This document shows, piece by piece, positions 53,041 to 64,000 of a stretch of 64,000 nucleotides of DNA. The notes under the pieces are model-generated. The model did not search any database, was not told the DNA's origin, and saw only the letters and a list, made by a program, of their open reading frames with translations. The DNA is taken from contig CAWGMQ010000005.1 of assembly GCA_963823665.1 (NCBI GenBank), positions 832,001-896,000 of the forward strand, given 5' to 3'. The stretch comes from an uncultured Planctomycetota bacterium. Its GTDB lineage: Bacteria > Planctomycetota > Planctomycetia > Isosphaerales > Isosphaeraceae. Position 1 is the first letter of the stretch. Each line of letters opens with the position of its first letter. The translations under genes and the position numbers were made by a program.

Positions 53041-54670
53041 GCATGAGGCGGGAATGGAACGCTGACGAACTTGCCGAGCACTGGTCATTACGACCGGAAG
53101 AGAAGGAACTGCTCGGCAGCAAACACGGACCGAGTCGCCTGGGCTTTGCCGTCCTGCTCAAGTTTTTCCAGCAGGAAGGCCGCTTCCCCCGGCAGCGCCA
53201 GGAAATACCCCCAGCCATCGTCAAATACCTCGCACGGCAGGCCGGGGTTGCGCAGGCTGCCTGGAACGATTTCGCATGGCAGGGTCGCACTATCGAATAC
53301 CACCGCGCAGATACGCGAGTTCCTTGGTTTTCGTGAAGCAACCGTCGAGGACGCTGGCGCAATTGGCGATTGGCTGGTGGAGCATATCCTGCCCCAGAAC
53401 CAGCAACGCGACCATATCGCCGCCGAGATCACCAACCGCTGCCGGGCGCTGCACATTGAACCACCAGCGCCGGAGCGCCTGGACCGCCTCATCCGCTCGG
53501 CGCTGAATACGTTTGAGCAGACATTCTGCGATGCCATCATGAAACGTCTCTCCGCGCAAACCTGCGGGCAACTGGAGGCGCTTCTTCTCCCGGATGGCAT
53601 CGGCGACGACGACCAACCTTCTTCGCCGGGGCAAATCCGGTCGTCGCTGAGCAATCTCCTCGCCGATCCCGGCGCTCCCACCCTGGACAATCTATTGGAG
53701 CAGATCGACCGGCTCGATCGCCTTCGTGCCATGGCGATACCGGACGATCTGTTCGAGCATGTTTCTCCCCGCATCATTCAGGAGTACCGCCAGCGCGCGG
53801 CCGTAGAATCGCCCTACGAACTCCGCCGGCACACCGCGCCATTGCGCCTGACGTTGCTCGCCGCCTTCGGCTTGCTCCGCAAGAGGGAATTGACCGACGG
53901 CCTGGTCGATCTCCTGCTCGCCACGGTCCATCGCATCGCCAGCAAGGCGGAACGGCGGGTTGAGAGAGAATGGCTGGATGACCTGAAGCGCGTGAGCGGC
54001 AAGAACAGTCTGCTTTTCCAGGTGGCCGAAGCGTCGCTTTCGCAGCCGCAGGGGGTTGTCAAAGAAGTGGTTTACCCGGTAGTGGGCGAGGAAACGCTGC
54101 GCGATCTGGTTGCCGAATGGCAGGCGACCGGACGGTCGTACAAAAGCCATGTGCAAACCCTTATCTGCAACTCGTACCGTTCCTATTACCGCCGTATGCT
54201 GCCTAAGATATTGGACGCACTGGAGTTCCGTTCCAACAACGACCGGCACCGCCCGGTGCTGCAAGCCATAGCGATTCTCAAGAAATATGCCGAAAACAAG
54301 GCATCCATATATCCGCTCCATGAAACCATCCCGGTGGAGGGCGTGGTGCGTACCCATTGGGAGCATACCGTGTTCGAGCAGGACGATGCCGGCCGGCGGC
54401 GGATCAACCGCATCTCTTATGAGATTTGCGTCCTTCAGGCGTTGCGCACCCAATTGCGGTGCAAGGAAATCTGGGTGGTAGGAGCCAACCGTTACCGTAA
54501 TCCCGACGATGACCTGCCCGCAGATTTCGAGGCGCAAAGGGCGGAATATTATGCGGCGCTGAACTTGCCGGGCAATGCCGACGAATACATCGCCGCCATC
54601 CAGAAGGAAATGGCCGACGCCTTGTCGTCACTCGACCGCACGCTACCACAGAATCCATATGTGAAAATTA

Positions 54671-56212
54671 GACACTCCTCGCTGAACACCACCGGATTTT
54701 AGGCGACTTGGCGTCGTTGCAGATCGTCGTTAGAAGTCGACTTCCGTTGGGTGAGCTTTCTGCGCTCGGCGACAGCCTTGGCCCCGAGCGGTGACCACGC
54801 GCTCCAGATCTCGTCGAGCTTCAGCACCAGAAACCGCACCAGCGTCTTTCGTCGCCGCCACTTGTACCTCACCTTCTCAAAGAAGCGAACCATCCGGTTG
54901 GTCCGCTCCACGTGATTGTTCGTGCGTACTCGCTGGCCGATCGGGCTGTTCAAGTAGGCCATGATCTTCGGGAATTTCTCTTCGTCGAGTTGCTCCATAG
55001 CCTTAACCAACTCCGGCACGGCTTGAAACGCCGAGTCACGCACGATCGCAGCACGTCGACAACTTGCTTGATGAAGATCCTTGTCCGTGTCGAACAACCA
55101 GTAGATCCGGTCGGCGAACCGACGCAACGTGCTCAACTCAGGCAGATGCTCAAGCATCAGCGTCAGGTTGGCCTGATCCGATTCCGTGAAGTTTTCCTTC
55201 CGCTTCACGATCAAGTGACGATGCTTGAACACAAAATGCGCCTTCTCCTTGACCGTCAAGCCGCGACGCTTGGCAGCGGCCTTCGCCTTCTTGCTTTTGC
55301 GACCCCGTTTCTTCTGGCGACCAGCTTTTCCCCGCCGGCTCATTGCACTTCGCAGGCGTCGCAGCGCATCCAGAATGAGCTTGTTGATGTTCTTGATAAT
55401 GTGAAATACGCACAACTGATGCTCGGCTTCAGGCCACAGCTCGGCCAGCACTGCTGGGTACAGGTTAGAGTCGTCGGTGATCACAACTCGCGGCCTCAAC
55501 CCCCACGTCTGGAGGTTGTTGAGGAACCGCCGCATGTGATCTTGGTCGTTGGCAGCAACCAGAGCGAAAGCCACGGGTATGTCGCTGAGTGGGTCGGTGG
55601 CCAAGAGTAATGTGAAGCTGCCGAGGTGCAGCTCATCCACGCAGAGGATGCCGCTGAAATTCTCGACGACCTTTCGCCGGTGCTCCGACATGTCGAGCTG
55701 TTCGGCACGATCGCGGAGCACGTCGTACACGAACCCCGTGGACAGGTCCAGCAGGAAATCGCGTCTGAGCGACTCCATAGTTTGTTCAACGTTCATTCCA
55801 TCCTTGAGGATCCGATCGAGCACCAGGTCGCGGACTTTGTTGTCGTAGCGGGCTCTGGGAAGTACACCCTCGGGAGTTGTTCGGAACGTCGTGCAGCAGT
55901 CACACTGGGCCTGATACTCACCGCAGGTAATCTCCAGATAAGCAATCTTCTTGTGCATGATGGTGCGAACCCTGCGAGGGGGTAATTTCCGTTTGCGACG
56001 CCCATGTTTACCGCACTTTGGACAAGGGGCCTTCTTGGGCGCACAGTGAACGGGTATAAAGACCGTCGTGGGCGACTCCATGCCCATGCTTGCGTCCTTT
56101 CGTGATCGGGAAGTTGATAGTACCCGCGATCACAAGGGCGCAAGCCCTAACCTTCAAGCCCAAAATGGCTTAGCCGTCGCGATTTTCCAGGTGGTGTTCA
56201 GCGAGGAGTGTC
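54671..56212 (-). mobile_element. Insertion sequence (ISL3/IS256-like DDE) inside tnpA
   Basis: Perfect 23-bp IRs GACACTCCTCGCTGAACACCACC; 8-bp TSD GAAAATTA at 54663-54670 and 56213-56220. Confidence 0.93.
54699..56087 (-). CDS. DDE transposase with N-terminal zinc finger
   Basis: CPKCG/CDCC, VDEL, ITDD, HQLCVFH and TNNHVER. Confidence 0.88.
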   Translation of the reverse strand: MGMESPTTVFIPVHCAPKKAPCPKCGKHGRRKRKLPPRRVRTIMHKKIAYLEITCGEYQAQCDCCTTFRTTPEGVLPRARYDNKVRDLVLDRILKDGMNVEQTMESLRRDFLLDLSTGFVYDVLRDRAEQLDMSEHRRKVVENFSGILCVDELHLGSFTLLLATDPLSDIPVAFALVAANDQDHMRRFLNNLQTWGLRPRVVITDDSNLYPAVLAELWPEAEHQLCVFHIIKNINKLILDALRRLRSAMSRRGKAGRQKKRGRKSKKAKAAAKRRGLTVKEKAHFVFKHRHLIVKRKENFTESDQANLTLMLEHLPELSTLRRFADRIYWLFDTDKDLHQASCRRAAIVRDSAFQAVPELVKAMEQLDEEKFPKIMAYLNSPIGQRVRTNNHVERTNRMVRFFEKVRYKWRRRKTLVRFLVLKLDEIWSAWSPLGAKAVAERRKLTQRKSTSNDDLQRRQVA

Positions 56213-57797
56213 GAAAATTATCGTCGCCAAGAAGGGCGGCCGCGTCAAGGTTACGCCGTTGGAGCCTCAGCCCGAGCCCGCGAACCTGCTCGCCCTGAAA
56301 GCCGAGCTGGCCCTGCGTTGGCCGATGACCAGTTTGCTCGACATGCTCAAGGAAACGTCGCTGCGGGTCGGGTTCACCGAGGCATTCCGCAGCGCCACGG
56401 CCTGGGAGAACCTGGACGAGGAAATCCTCCAGCAACGGCTGTTGCTCTGCCTTTATGGACTGGGCACCAACGCCGGCATCAAGCGGATGAGCGCCGGCGA
56501 CGCGAACGTCGCATATAAGGATTTACTCTACGTCAAGCGCCGCTTCATTACCAAGGACCAGTTGCGTTATGCCATCGCCCAGGTGGTCAACGCGACGCTT
56601 CGCGCGCACAATCCCCTTATCTGGGGCGAAGGAACGACAGCCTGCGCGTCCGATTCCAAGAAATTCGCGGCATGGGACCAGAATCTGATGACCGAATGGC
56701 ACGTCCGTTATAGGGGGCGCGGCGTGATGATCTACTGGCACGTCGATCGAAAATCGCTTTGCATCTACTCGCAGCTCAAGACCTGTTCCTCGTCGGAGGT
56801 GGCCTCGATGATCGAGGGCGTGATACGGCATTGCACGGAGATGTCCGTTGACCGGCAATATGTGGACACGCACGGGCAGAGCGAGGTGGCCTTCGCCTTC
56901 TGTCGGCTGCTGGGATTCGAGTTACTGCCCCGGTTCAAAGGCGTCGGCAAGCAGAAGCTCTACCGTCCGGAAACCGGAAAACCGGACGCCTATCCCAATC
57001 TGGCCGCGATTCTGACGCGCCCGATCAACTGGGAGCTGATTCGCCAGCAATACGACCAGATGGCCAAGTACGCCACCGCGCTGCGCCTCGGCACGGCGGA
57101 GACGGAAGCGATCCTGCGGCGCTTCACCCGCAACAACCTTCAGCACCCCACCTACAAGGCGTTGGCTGAGTTGGGCAAGGCGATCAAGACGATCTTCCTC
57201 TGCCGTTACCTGCAATTCATCGAGCTGCGCCGAGAAATTCAGGAAGGATTGAACGTCGTCGAAAACTGGAACAGCGCCAACGGGTTCATCTTGTTCGGCA
57301 AAGGCAGCGAGATGACGAGCAACCGCCAGAAGGACATGGAACTCAGCATGCTGGCGCTGCACCTGTTGCAGATATGCCTGGTCTACGTCAATACGCTGAT
57401 GATCCAGCAAATCCTCGCCGAACGACGATGGGCCAAACGCCTGACGAAACAGGATCTCCGGGCGTTGACGCCGCTGATCTACGCGCACGTCAATCCCTAT
57501 GGGATTTTCCTGCTCGACATGCGTGCTCGCTTGCCCATTGAATCGGCATATAAAGCAGCAGCTTAAATTGTCATATTGCGGCTGGTGGTCGAAATGTTGG
57601 GTTTACCCCGGGAAGGGGTTAAGCCCGCGGTCGCTGGCGCTCGCGGCGTGCGTCCGGCCGGAGAAATGCGGTCTAAAGTCGAGCGTAGATGGGGCATAAA
57701 TCTGGACTGAATTGCGCCAGAAAAATGGCTTGCGCTCTTTCTCGCAGCGAGGTAAGTACAAAAAGTCTAAGCCAAAATCCCTCGCCATGGAGCTGCG

Positions 57798-58650
57798 ATG
57801 CCTGCCACCCAAAAACGCCGCCGAAATCAACCGCATAAAGTGCTGCATCTGTCGAGTTACGACCGGCTGGAAGCCTATCTGCGCGCCTTCGCCAATGGAC
57901 ATCTGAATTTGCTGATCCTCGTCGGCTCCGGCGGCCTGGCCAAGAGCCGCTCGGTGCGGGAGGCGCTGAACGGCATCGCCTGCTGGATCGAGGGCAACGC
58001 CACCCCGTTCGGCATGTATGTCAAGCTCTATCAGCACCGCGACGAATTCGTGGTGATCGACGATGTCGATGCGCTGTATGCCGACCGCAGCGGCGTCCGG
58101 CTGCTCAAATGCCTGTGCCAAACCGAAGAGGAAAAATCGGTGGCCTGGCACTCGGACGCGCAGCCTGGAGAAGCACAGCATCCCGCGCGAGTTCACCACG
58201 ACAAGCCGGGTGATCATCATCTCCAACGACTGGAAGACGCTCAACATGAACGTGGCGGCGCTCCAGGACCGCGGGCATGTGATTCTGTTTGAGCCCAGCG
58301 CGGCCGAGGTGCACCGCAAGGCCGGAACCTGGTTCGACGACCGGGAAATCTATGAGTGGTTCGGCGCCAACCTGCACCGCGTGCATGAGCCGTCGATGCG
58401 GCAGTATGTCCGGGCCAGGGAGCTCAAGGCCGCCGACATGGACTGGACCGACGTGCTGCCGGTCGAGGCCGAAAACAAGCGGCAGCGGCTGGCCGCCGAA
58501 CTGCTGGCCAGCGACGCCTACGGCAGCACCGCCGAGCGCGTCGAGGCGTTCAAGCAGAAAGGGGGAGGGTGCCGGGCGACGTTTTTTAATTACAAGCGGA
58601 AGTTGGGGAACTCGCCATGCATCCTATTGACGCCGCGACCGCCGAAGTAA
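57798..58650 (+). CDS. P-loop ATPase-like protein, frameshifted near 58160
   Basis: LILVGSGGLAKS (Walker A-like), VVIDDVD (Walker B) and IIISN. Confidence 0.7.
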
Positions 58651-58803
58651 ACAATGGAGTAATAATTTTACACGTGTTGCTTATCGATTTATTCTATTTT
58701 CATGTTTTAAAATGATTTACACTTCGATCATTTGGAACTTCGGCAGACAGCCGAATTCGGACAAGCTGGTATTTCCTTGGTTTCATCATAAGGAGCCATC
58801 AAG

Positions 58804-59067
58804 ATGGCCATCGTCTATCTGCAAACGGTCGGCAGCCAAAGGCCGCTCTTCCTTGAGGGCAAGTTTGAATTCTCACGGGTGCCGTCTATCGGCGAAATTA
58901 TTCGGATTCCCGATAAAGAATCGCCTGGCAATGATCTTCACTGGTTTAAGGTCGCCGAGGTCACTCATTTCACCCGAATCGATAACCCTGCTTTCCAGGT
59001 CGATGCCGAATTGTTCGGTGAGGTTATGACGGAAGAGGCGTGTGATTTGATTTATCGTTTAGGCTAA
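58804..59067 (+). CDS. Small hypothetical protein
   Basis: RBS AAGGAG; 87-aa ORF containing RVPSIGE. Confidence 0.55.
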   Translation: MAIVYLQTVGSQRPLFLEGKFEFSRVPSIGEIIRIPDKESPGNDLHWFKVAEVTHFTRIDNPAFQVDAELFGEVMTEEACDLIYRLG

Positions 59068-59594
59068 CACCTCGCCAATCGGCGTCAGCTCAGTCGCCTG
59101 CCGATCCATACCGCAGCCGGGGCAAAAACCCTGTTTTCGCCCCGGCTTCTTCCTATCGGGGTCGCCCAGCGTCTTACGCCGGCCAGCGCCGCGATGCTGA
59201 TCGGTTGCAAGCGGGCGGTCGCAGAGAATGGCCTCCGGCGGCTCTCTCAAGCTGAGCTGGTCCGATCAGATTCGTTGAGCGCCGATGAGAACGATAAATC
59301 GCCGGAGCACAGCTTCGAGTTCAGTAAACGCACGCTTATCCCGGCACGGAAGTCTGGTTGCCAATGGCGGAACTGCACAAGGAGCTCGTCCACTGCGAGT
59401 GCATTGTTGGTCAAAAAAGGGCAATTCTGGCTTTTTTAACGATAAAATGTGCACTGGAACACGTGGGACGGACGAATACTATGAATGGCTCTGCCAGGGA
59501 GCACACCGTCAAGTTAGTTCTCCAGCCATAAGCCTTCTCCGTTACCGGAGGAACCTAATGGCGTTTGACAACGTTGATTGATTGGAGACCAACC

Positions 59595-59732
59595 ATGTCA
59601 GCGAACAAACCTCGGAAAATCGGCCGGGATTCCAGGACCGGCGAATTTGTCCCGGTCAAGGAGACCGAGCGGCGGCCAAGAACGACTGAGGTTGAAACCA
59701 TTAAGCCGCCGAAAAAGGACAAAAAGTCCTGA
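59595..59732 (+). CDS. 45-aa basic protein with RDxxTGxF motif (not in the ORF track)
   Basis: RBS GGAG; MSANKPRKIGRDSRTGEFVPVKETERRPRTTEVETIKPPKKDKKS. Confidence 0.7.
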   Translation: MSANKPRKIGRDSRTGEFVPVKETERRPRTTEVETIKPPKKDKKS

Positions 59733-59890
59733 ACCTTACGTTCCGGCATCCGGCCGCGTTCAGCGTCGCCGTGGACAATCAAGATGATGTGAGCCATAAT
59801 ATGCTTACATCACAGCCCAATCGCTTCGCCGGTTGGGCAGCAGGGCCATCCCGCAAGGGATGGCCCTAGCTTTTTCATAAGCGATCATGG

Positions 59891-59950
59891 ATGAATACCA
59901 ACGTCTATATCGACGGCTTCAACTTGTACCATCGTTTGCCTGAAAGGGAC
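59891..59950 (+). pseudogene. N-terminal scrap of a NYN-domain protein
   Basis: MNTNVYIDGFNLYH, after which similarity is lost. Confidence 0.6.
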
Positions 59951-60223
59951 GCCGCACAGCAAAATGAGAGCCTTGGCCCTAGAGCTTATTGCGGCGGCAG
60001 CTTTGGCTGGCGGTACGCGACTAAAGAATCGGGTCGGCCTAGAAATCGCGGCTTAACGTCGCGACAAAGACGCCAAACTAAACGAGTGATACTAAAGTTG
60101 AACCATGATCCGGCCGATCAGTTGATGACTGTTGAGCAGCAAGCTCTAATTGCCCGATAGCGCAGGCCGCGCCGAAGTTCCGGTCATCGGTTTTGTGGTC
60201 AGCGTCGCCGGGAGTATTGTGCG

Positions 60224-61123
60224 GTGGCTTACAGCAATTTCGAGAAGATCATCGACATACGGGCAAAGTTGCAGTCGGCGAAACTCGACGTCAAAACGGA
60301 TTCGGATTCTATACGCCGTGTGGCCGACTCGTTTCAGAAGAATATCGCACGGATGAACGCATTTCTGTCTCTGTCGTTGGCGCTCATCGACAGCGCATGG
60401 GTTCAGATGAGGATCGATGGGCAGTTCAAAAAGGAGGGCGAACCCCATCGGCCATTTTCTCGGATTCCCGGTGACGGTACCGAACGGATTGGCGAGGTGC
60501 TACAGCAGCTCATTCAAAACGCCGCGATAAGGGACAGGGAGCAGATCGAGTTGGGTCTGGGCGCGACTCTCGCCAGTGTCATCATCGGAGCGTGGACGGC
60601 ATTCGAGGCGATTGCGACCGACCTTTGGGTTGAATCGGTCAATCTTCATCCTTGGGGATTGGCTGAAATCAAGGGTCAGCCGCTTGCAACCAAGAATGAA
60701 GATGCAGAGGACCTCGGAGAGGATGAGGCGCCAAAACTGGATAAGTCCGTTTCACTGAACATGCTGCAGAGGCACGGATACGACATCAGCGATCATATGG
60801 GTGACATACTGAAGAACAAATTCAACTTCAATGTGCTAGTGGGGATAAGAAGCGCATACCGGGCTGCATGGGGCAAGGAAGACGAAATGGATCGCATCCT
60901 GAAAGTGGAAAAACTCAGTGTGCTCGGCGCGGTGCGGAACGTTCTTGTCCACAATGGCGGAATTGCGGACCCAAGATTCGTGCGGCGTGTCAAAGGTGAC
61001 TCGCGATTCGGCACTATCACGCCCGACCAGCCAATCACTATCGACGGCGACCTCGCGGAGGAGCTGGCAACAACGTCGGTGGATTGCTCCTGCGCCTGTT
61101 CAGATGCGTGGACGATTGGCTGA
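60224..61123 (+). CDS. Putative HEPN-domain protein
   Basis: 'AWTAFE...DLW' helix and RNVLVH (Rx4H) motif; probable frameshift near 61093. Confidence 0.6.
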   Translation: MAYSNFEKIIDIRAKLQSAKLDVKTDSDSIRRVADSFQKNIARMNAFLSLSLALIDSAWVQMRIDGQFKKEGEPHRPFSRIPGDGTERIGEVLQQLIQNAAIRDREQIELGLGATLASVIIGAWTAFEAIATDLWVESVNLHPWGLAEIKGQPLATKNEDAEDLGEDEAPKLDKSVSLNMLQRHGYDISDHMGDILKNKFNFNVLVGIRSAYRAAWGKEDEMDRILKVEKLSVLGAVRNVLVHNGGIADPRFVRRVKGDSRFGTITPDQPITIDGDLAEELATTSVDCSCACSDAWTIG

Positions 61124-61153
61124 GCGTAAAGCTAGCCGATAAAGGCGGACGCA

Positions 61154-61558
61154 ATGACCTCGGGCAATAATGATATTGGGCCAGGCTATGATTCGCTGCC
61201 CGTCTGCGATGGATGCGGCGGCGATGGCGGCCACTGGGGCGAAGAGGACAATCGCTGGTACGCCTGCGCACTGTGCGGGGGCTTGGCCCGGCCGGTCGGG
61301 CGGTTTCTAGGTTACACGGAGGACGGTATGTTCGAGATCTTCCAAAGCTCCAAGGATAGTAAGTGGTACTGGCACTTGCGAGCGAGAAATCATCAGATCG
61401 TCGCTACGTCAGGCGAGGGATACGAGAGCAAAACAAATTGTGTGCGGGGGCTCAAGACGGCCCGCGAATTGATGGGCTGCAATATCCTGACCGACCTGTC
61501 GCAGACCGATCATCGTGGGATTTCGCCCATCGCTAACCTGGAAAACGTGTTGTGGTAA
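61154..61558 (+). CDS. Zinc ribbon + DUF1508 (YegP-like) protein
   Basis: CDGC/CALC followed by FEIFQ....KWYWHLRARNHQIVATSGEGYESK..C. Confidence 0.75.
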   Translation: MTSGNNDIGPGYDSLPVCDGCGGDGGHWGEEDNRWYACALCGGLARPVGRFLGYTEDGMFEIFQSSKDSKWYWHLRARNHQIVATSGEGYESKTNCVRGLKTARELMGCNILTDLSQTDHRGISPIANLENVLW

Positions 61559-61789
61559 GCTCCCCAGCGGCGCGATCGCCAGCCCAGCCGAAGTTGGACG
61601 AGGGCAACGATTCGTGGCAAATATCCACAGATTTCGGGCAACATATCGATAATTGATGATTGTCAAGTTTTGGCTGAGAGTGCACTACAGCCAGCAGATT
61701 TCAAGATTCCCTCACCAGCAACCACGATCCGTCACGATTTATATGGCAGTGTTGTGGCCAGTTCAAACCAGATGCACGGGGAACTACAG

Positions 61790-61963
61790 ATGGCGACGAA
61801 TCCACCGGCCGGCGACGGACACCGCCAAGGGCAGGTGACTCACAGGTCCCAAGTATTCAACCCGGTGACCGGACTTTGGGCCAAGCGTGACACGGAAACC
61901 GGAAGATTCATGGCCGTAAAGCAAGATGGCGAGCCGTTCAAGGGTGTCCGCCAGGAACGTTAA
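61790..61963 (+). CDS. 57-aa protein with RDxxTGRF motif
   Basis: MATN...RSQVFNPVTGLWAKRDTETGRFMAVKQDGEPFKGVR. Confidence 0.7.
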   Translation: MATNPPAGDGHRQGQVTHRSQVFNPVTGLWAKRDTETGRFMAVKQDGEPFKGVRQER

Positions 61964-62178
61964 GGTCTTGCCAACGGCTCTCATTCCCACACCCCGTTCG
62001 CCCGCGATTTCAACATCGTGTGGCTACCGTGGTCGCGTAGGTCTGAAACTCTCCTGGAACAGCACAGGCTCACTGCACAACAGGTTCAGGAGACTTGCGA
62101 CACGCTACCTCGTTGACGCTGGCGTTTAGCGAGTGATGGTGTCTAAAACAGATTTACGGCCCGGAACGATGTATACTT

Positions 62179-62673
62179 TTACGTCAGCGGCCAGATACGT
62201 GTCGGACGCGTGAGCAAATTCGAGAACCATATCTCGGAGAATGGATCGAGGGAACGCACAACCGCGAACTCGCGGGCCCTGCGCAGAGGCTCCTGGATTA
62301 CCAACTGCCCGTCGCAAAACAACTCTGTCCAAATGTGAAGCGATGTTGTAAAGACGACAAGCCACGTCGCGGCATCGCGATCACGGGCGTAATGCCTATC
62401 CACTTTGTTTTGCATCGCGTGCCGGATCGCGTCATCGCGCTTCGTGCTGTCCAATTGGATCGCCACATTACTTGCTGCCGAGAAGTGGCCGATTGAATTG
62501 GGATTTCCTGGATCTGATGATCCTGGAGGGAGTTCAAACTCTCTTTGGCGGATTTCCGTGATTTGGAGAACAACGCGTTGCCCATTGATCGTCATGGAAG
62601 CGTCATGATCGCGCTCGGGCAGCCTCATTAGATCGGAGACCGATAATCCGAAGTGGCGTGTCAGTTGCCGCGC
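62179..62673 (-). pseudogene. Hypothetical protein whose 5' end is cut by the IS21 element
   Basis: The open frame runs into the IS end at 62674. Confidence 0.45.
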
Positions 62674-64000
62674 TGTCACCGGGCGCTTCAAAACCAGCCA
62701 ATTATGGGCGCTTATCGGTAGTTCAAAACCAGCCACCCCGTTCGGGTAGTTACATTGGTCAATTCAATACAGCTCTACGGTAATCACGACTGACTGAGAA
62801 CTTGCTTTGCTTGGCCGAATCGGTCTTTGACTTTTCCGGCGGAGCCGAATTGGCTCCTCATTTTAACGCTTCGTTGTGGTCTTGCCTCCTCCCTTTCCGC
62901 TGGCGTTGGAGCCAGATGGCGCCTTGGCTGGTTTTGAATCTGGTGGGTTCTCTTCCGACCCGGAGGGCGCTTTGGCTGGTTTTGAATTCGAACCACCATG
63001 CTCAGAGCCGGAGGGCGCTTTGGCTGGTTTTGAATCTTCAAACCCGTTTCCGCCCGAAGCCGATTGGTGCCGCAGGCGGTAACTTCGGCCCTCCAATCGC
63101 ACGAGCTCGGCATGATGCAGGAATCGATCCAAGATCGCCGTGGCACTCGGCACATCCCCGAGAAGCTTTCCCCAATCCTCGAGCGGACGGTTCGATGTCA
63201 TCATCGTTGACCGTGTCTCATACCGCCGCATCACGACCTCGAAGAGACATTCACCGGAACGCCTCGGCAATTGCTTCATTCCCATGTCGTCGATGATCAA
63301 CAACTCGGGCTTCAGGTACATCGTCAGCATCTTGTCCTCCTGCCCCAACACCTGATCATGCAGGAAGTCCCGGACCAGGTCGAAGACCGAGCGGTAAAGA
63401 ACCGTGTAACCGGCCTTGACGGCTTGATACCCGATCGCTTGTACGAGATGGCTCTTTCCGAGGCCGGGCGGTCCCAGCCAGAGCACGTCGCGCCCTTCGC
63501 GGAGGAACCGACAGCTCGCCAAGTCGTACACCTGCTTGCGGGGGATCGACGGGTTGAACGACCAGTCGAAGTCTTCCAACGACTTCCGCTCGCGAAACTC
63601 AGCCGCTTTGAACCGTCGCTGGAATTGGCGATCGGCTCGCACCGCCAGCTCGTCTTGAAGGATCAGCTCAAGGAACTCGCTGTGGCTGAGGCCGTGGCCA
63701 GCGGCCTCCTGTAGGCGAATCTCCAGGCTCTCCAAGAGTCCGGAGAGCCGTAGTTGCCTCAATACATTTCTCAGTGGTTCATTCATGGAGAAAACTCCTG
63801 GTGTGGTGTGGAAAATGTCGTGCTCGATCTCGATCGCCGATCACAGAATCAAAATGTCATCTCCGTCCCTCTTGCCGAGCCGGAGCTGAGCCCCGTCCCC
63901 TCTTTTTCGCCGGAAACTCGGTAGCCACTGCAACGTTGTTTGCACCGTGACCGGCGGAGGTCTGCCAAGTCGATTCAGGCACTCCCGCTCAAAGCAACTC
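62674..64000 (-). mobile_element. IS21-family element (right part; continues past the window)
   Basis: End TGTCACCGGGCGCTTCAAAACCAGCCA with the TTCAAAACCAGCCA motif repeated; contains istB. Confidence 0.85.
62863..63786 (-). CDS. istB: IS21 helper ATPase
   Basis: LEDFDWSFNP, GPPGLGKSHL, LLIIDDMG, TSNRP..DWG and AILDRFLHH. Confidence 0.93.
   Translation of the reverse strand: MNEPLRNVLRQLRLSGLLESLEIRLQEAAGHGLSHSEFLELILQDELAVRADRQFQRRFKAAEFRERKSLEDFDWSFNPSIPRKQVYDLASCRFLREGRDVLWLGPPGLGKSHLVQAIGYQAVKAGYTVLYRSVFDLVRDFLHDQVLGQEDKMLTMYLKPELLIIDDMGMKQLPRRSGECLFEVVMRRYETRSTMMTSNRPLEDWGKLLGDVPSATAILDRFLHHAELVRLEGRSYRLRHQSASGGNGFEDSKPAKAPSGSEHGGSNSKPAKAPSGSEENPPDSKPAKAPSGSNASGKGGGKTTTKR

Larger units (their letters stand above)
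53043..57566 (+). pseudogene. tnpA: Tn3-family transposase, interrupted by an IS (and frameshifted near 53308)
   Basis: RLGFAVLLKFF (DUF4158), [14 protein letters not shown] and GLNVVENWN; the reading [13 protein letters not shown] is split by the IS. Confidence 0.93.
51231..57609. mobile_element. Tn3-family transposon
   Basis: ~49-bp inverted repeats GGGGTAAACCCAACATTTC(A/G)ACCACCAGCCGCAA...TAAGC; 5-bp TSD GGGAA at 51226-51230 and 57610-57614. Confidence 0.95.

Overview
GC-rich bacterial DNA, inferred to be from a planctomycete (Isosphaeraceae-like) on the basis of TIGR03067, DUF1559, LEPR-XLL and extended ECF-sigma genes. The window is almost entirely accessory or mobile DNA. (1) A minus-strand array of 15 divergent tRNA genes with an embedded HNH nuclease lies in two blocks (42342-43547 and 1357-2291) separated by ~40 kb. 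(2) Inside that interval, 11.1-18.0 kb holds four same-orientation, ORF-less group II intron 5' fragments. Each abuts a GGTCTGACC(CC) motif, and they punctuate distinct cargo: a HigBA-type toxin-antitoxin pair, a TIGR04255 three-gene module, a DinB fragment and a 1.5 kb duplication. (3) The interval also holds tRNA-Leu att scars, REP-like repeats, two large secreted proteases and an AlgI/AlgJ-type O-acetylation locus. (4) From 43.55 kb onward lies a plasmid-like module (iterons, DnaA box, RepA, ParA, tyrosine recombinase, TA pairs). It carries a Tn3-family transposon with 5-bp TSD whose tnpA is interrupted by an IS with 8-bp TSD, followed by defence-like ORFs and an IS21 element. Nine apparent frameshifts fall at GCGC motifs and are probably systematic sequencing errors. 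All calls come from reading the sequence by eye; no searches were run.
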